A program made the position numbers and the translations under genes. Source: Spirochaetia bacterium (GTDB lineage Bacteria; Spirochaetota; Spirochaetia; SZUA-6; Bin103). From it: a stretch of DNA of 64,000 bases. Positions 63,439 through 64,000 of the stretch are shown here, piece after piece. The notes beneath the pieces were generated by a model, which saw only the letters and a list, made by a program, of their open reading frames with translations, searched no databases and was not told the origin of the DNA. The stretch spans positions 42,777 to 106,776 of the forward strand of contig CBDBDQ010000003.1 of assembly GCA_965203905.1 (NCBI GenBank), read 5' to 3'. Position 1 is the stretch's first letter. The number at the start of each line of letters is the position of its first letter.

Positions 63439-64000
63439 CTGCCCACCCGCTCGAACCTGATCCGGGGATCGACAACGACGAGCATGAAATCGGACACGAA
63501 GGTGCCGATTATGGTCAGGAAGCTCAGGAACATGACGATGGTTCCGGCAAGAAACATGTCCTCGACCAACAGAGCCTGATACATCAACGGCCCAACGGTA
63601 GGAAGGCTGAGCACCAGGGCCACAATCGTGTTCCCCGACACGATCGCGGGCAGCAGCCAGCCGATAGTGCTGACGACCGGGTTCAGTGCCACGCGCACCG
63701 GATATCGGAACAGAATCGTTCGTTCGGCCAGTCCCTTGGCGCGCGCCGTAATGACGTAATGCTTGCGCAACTCGTCCAGGAGCATGCCCCGAAATACTCG
63801 GATCAGGCCGGCGGTCCGCTGGTGCCAACGATGATGATGGGTACCGGGTAGGTGCTTGAGCATGTCGACGACCTTGCCCAAGCTCCACGGGGCCGCGGAG
63901 TACTCGGAGCTGAACAGGCCCCGATGCTGATACCGAAGGCATTGTTGAAGAAGATCATGAGCATCAGTGCGAGCAGGAAGTTGGGTGTCGCCAGCCCGGT
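63435..64000 (-). CDS. ABC transporter permease (OppB-like), partial and frameshifted
   Basis: YVITARAKGL, ALNPVVSTIGW, VVDPRIR. Confidence 0.9.
   Translation of the reverse strand, partial: RAGDTQLPARTDAHDLLQQCLRYQHRGLFSSEYSAAPWSLGKVVDMLKHLPGTHHHRWHQRTAGLIRVFRGMLLDELRKHYVITARAKGLAERTILFRYPVRVALNPVVSTIGWLLPAIVSGNTIVALVLSLPTVGPLMYQALLVEDMFLAGTIVMFLSFLTIIGTFVSDFMLVVVDPRIRFERVGS

Overview
GC-rich bacterial window. The spirochaete-type SSB and family-5 ABC solute-binding proteins suggest Spirochaetota, possibly host-associated (inference). Bases 1 to about 57,010 form a large mosaic accessory island; 57.8-64 kb is an ordinary carbohydrate/ABC-transport locus. The island contains, in order: (i) secreted/surface genes (DUF1524-type HNH nuclease, pentapeptide-repeat protein, collagen/Calx-beta/HEXXH lipoprotein, thermonuclease); (ii) a satellite-like module (two terminase-small-subunit-like ORFs, iteron cluster, VapE-type primase/helicase, intact tyrosine recombinase); (iii) a leftward phage-like early operon (SSB, RadC/JAB, small ORFs) with its promoter and two tRNA T-arm-like RNAs; (iv) an approximately 10 kb run of unrelated single genes separated by about 10 directly oriented 11-6-11 bp dif/Xer-like sites (ACTTCCGATAA-N6-TTCTGTCGCCT), two units of which carry catalytically dead tyrosine-recombinase paralogues (best candidate for an undescribed system); (v) IS110, IS630 and IS21/IS1595/ISNCY remnants; (vi) a CBASS operon (patatin, CD-NTase, E2/SEC-C) and a four-gene locus of N6-MTase, MT-A70, McrB-like and McrC-like genes. 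Several single-base frameshifts, including in housekeeping-like genes, may be sequencing errors. All calls come from motif reading by eye; no database searches were run.
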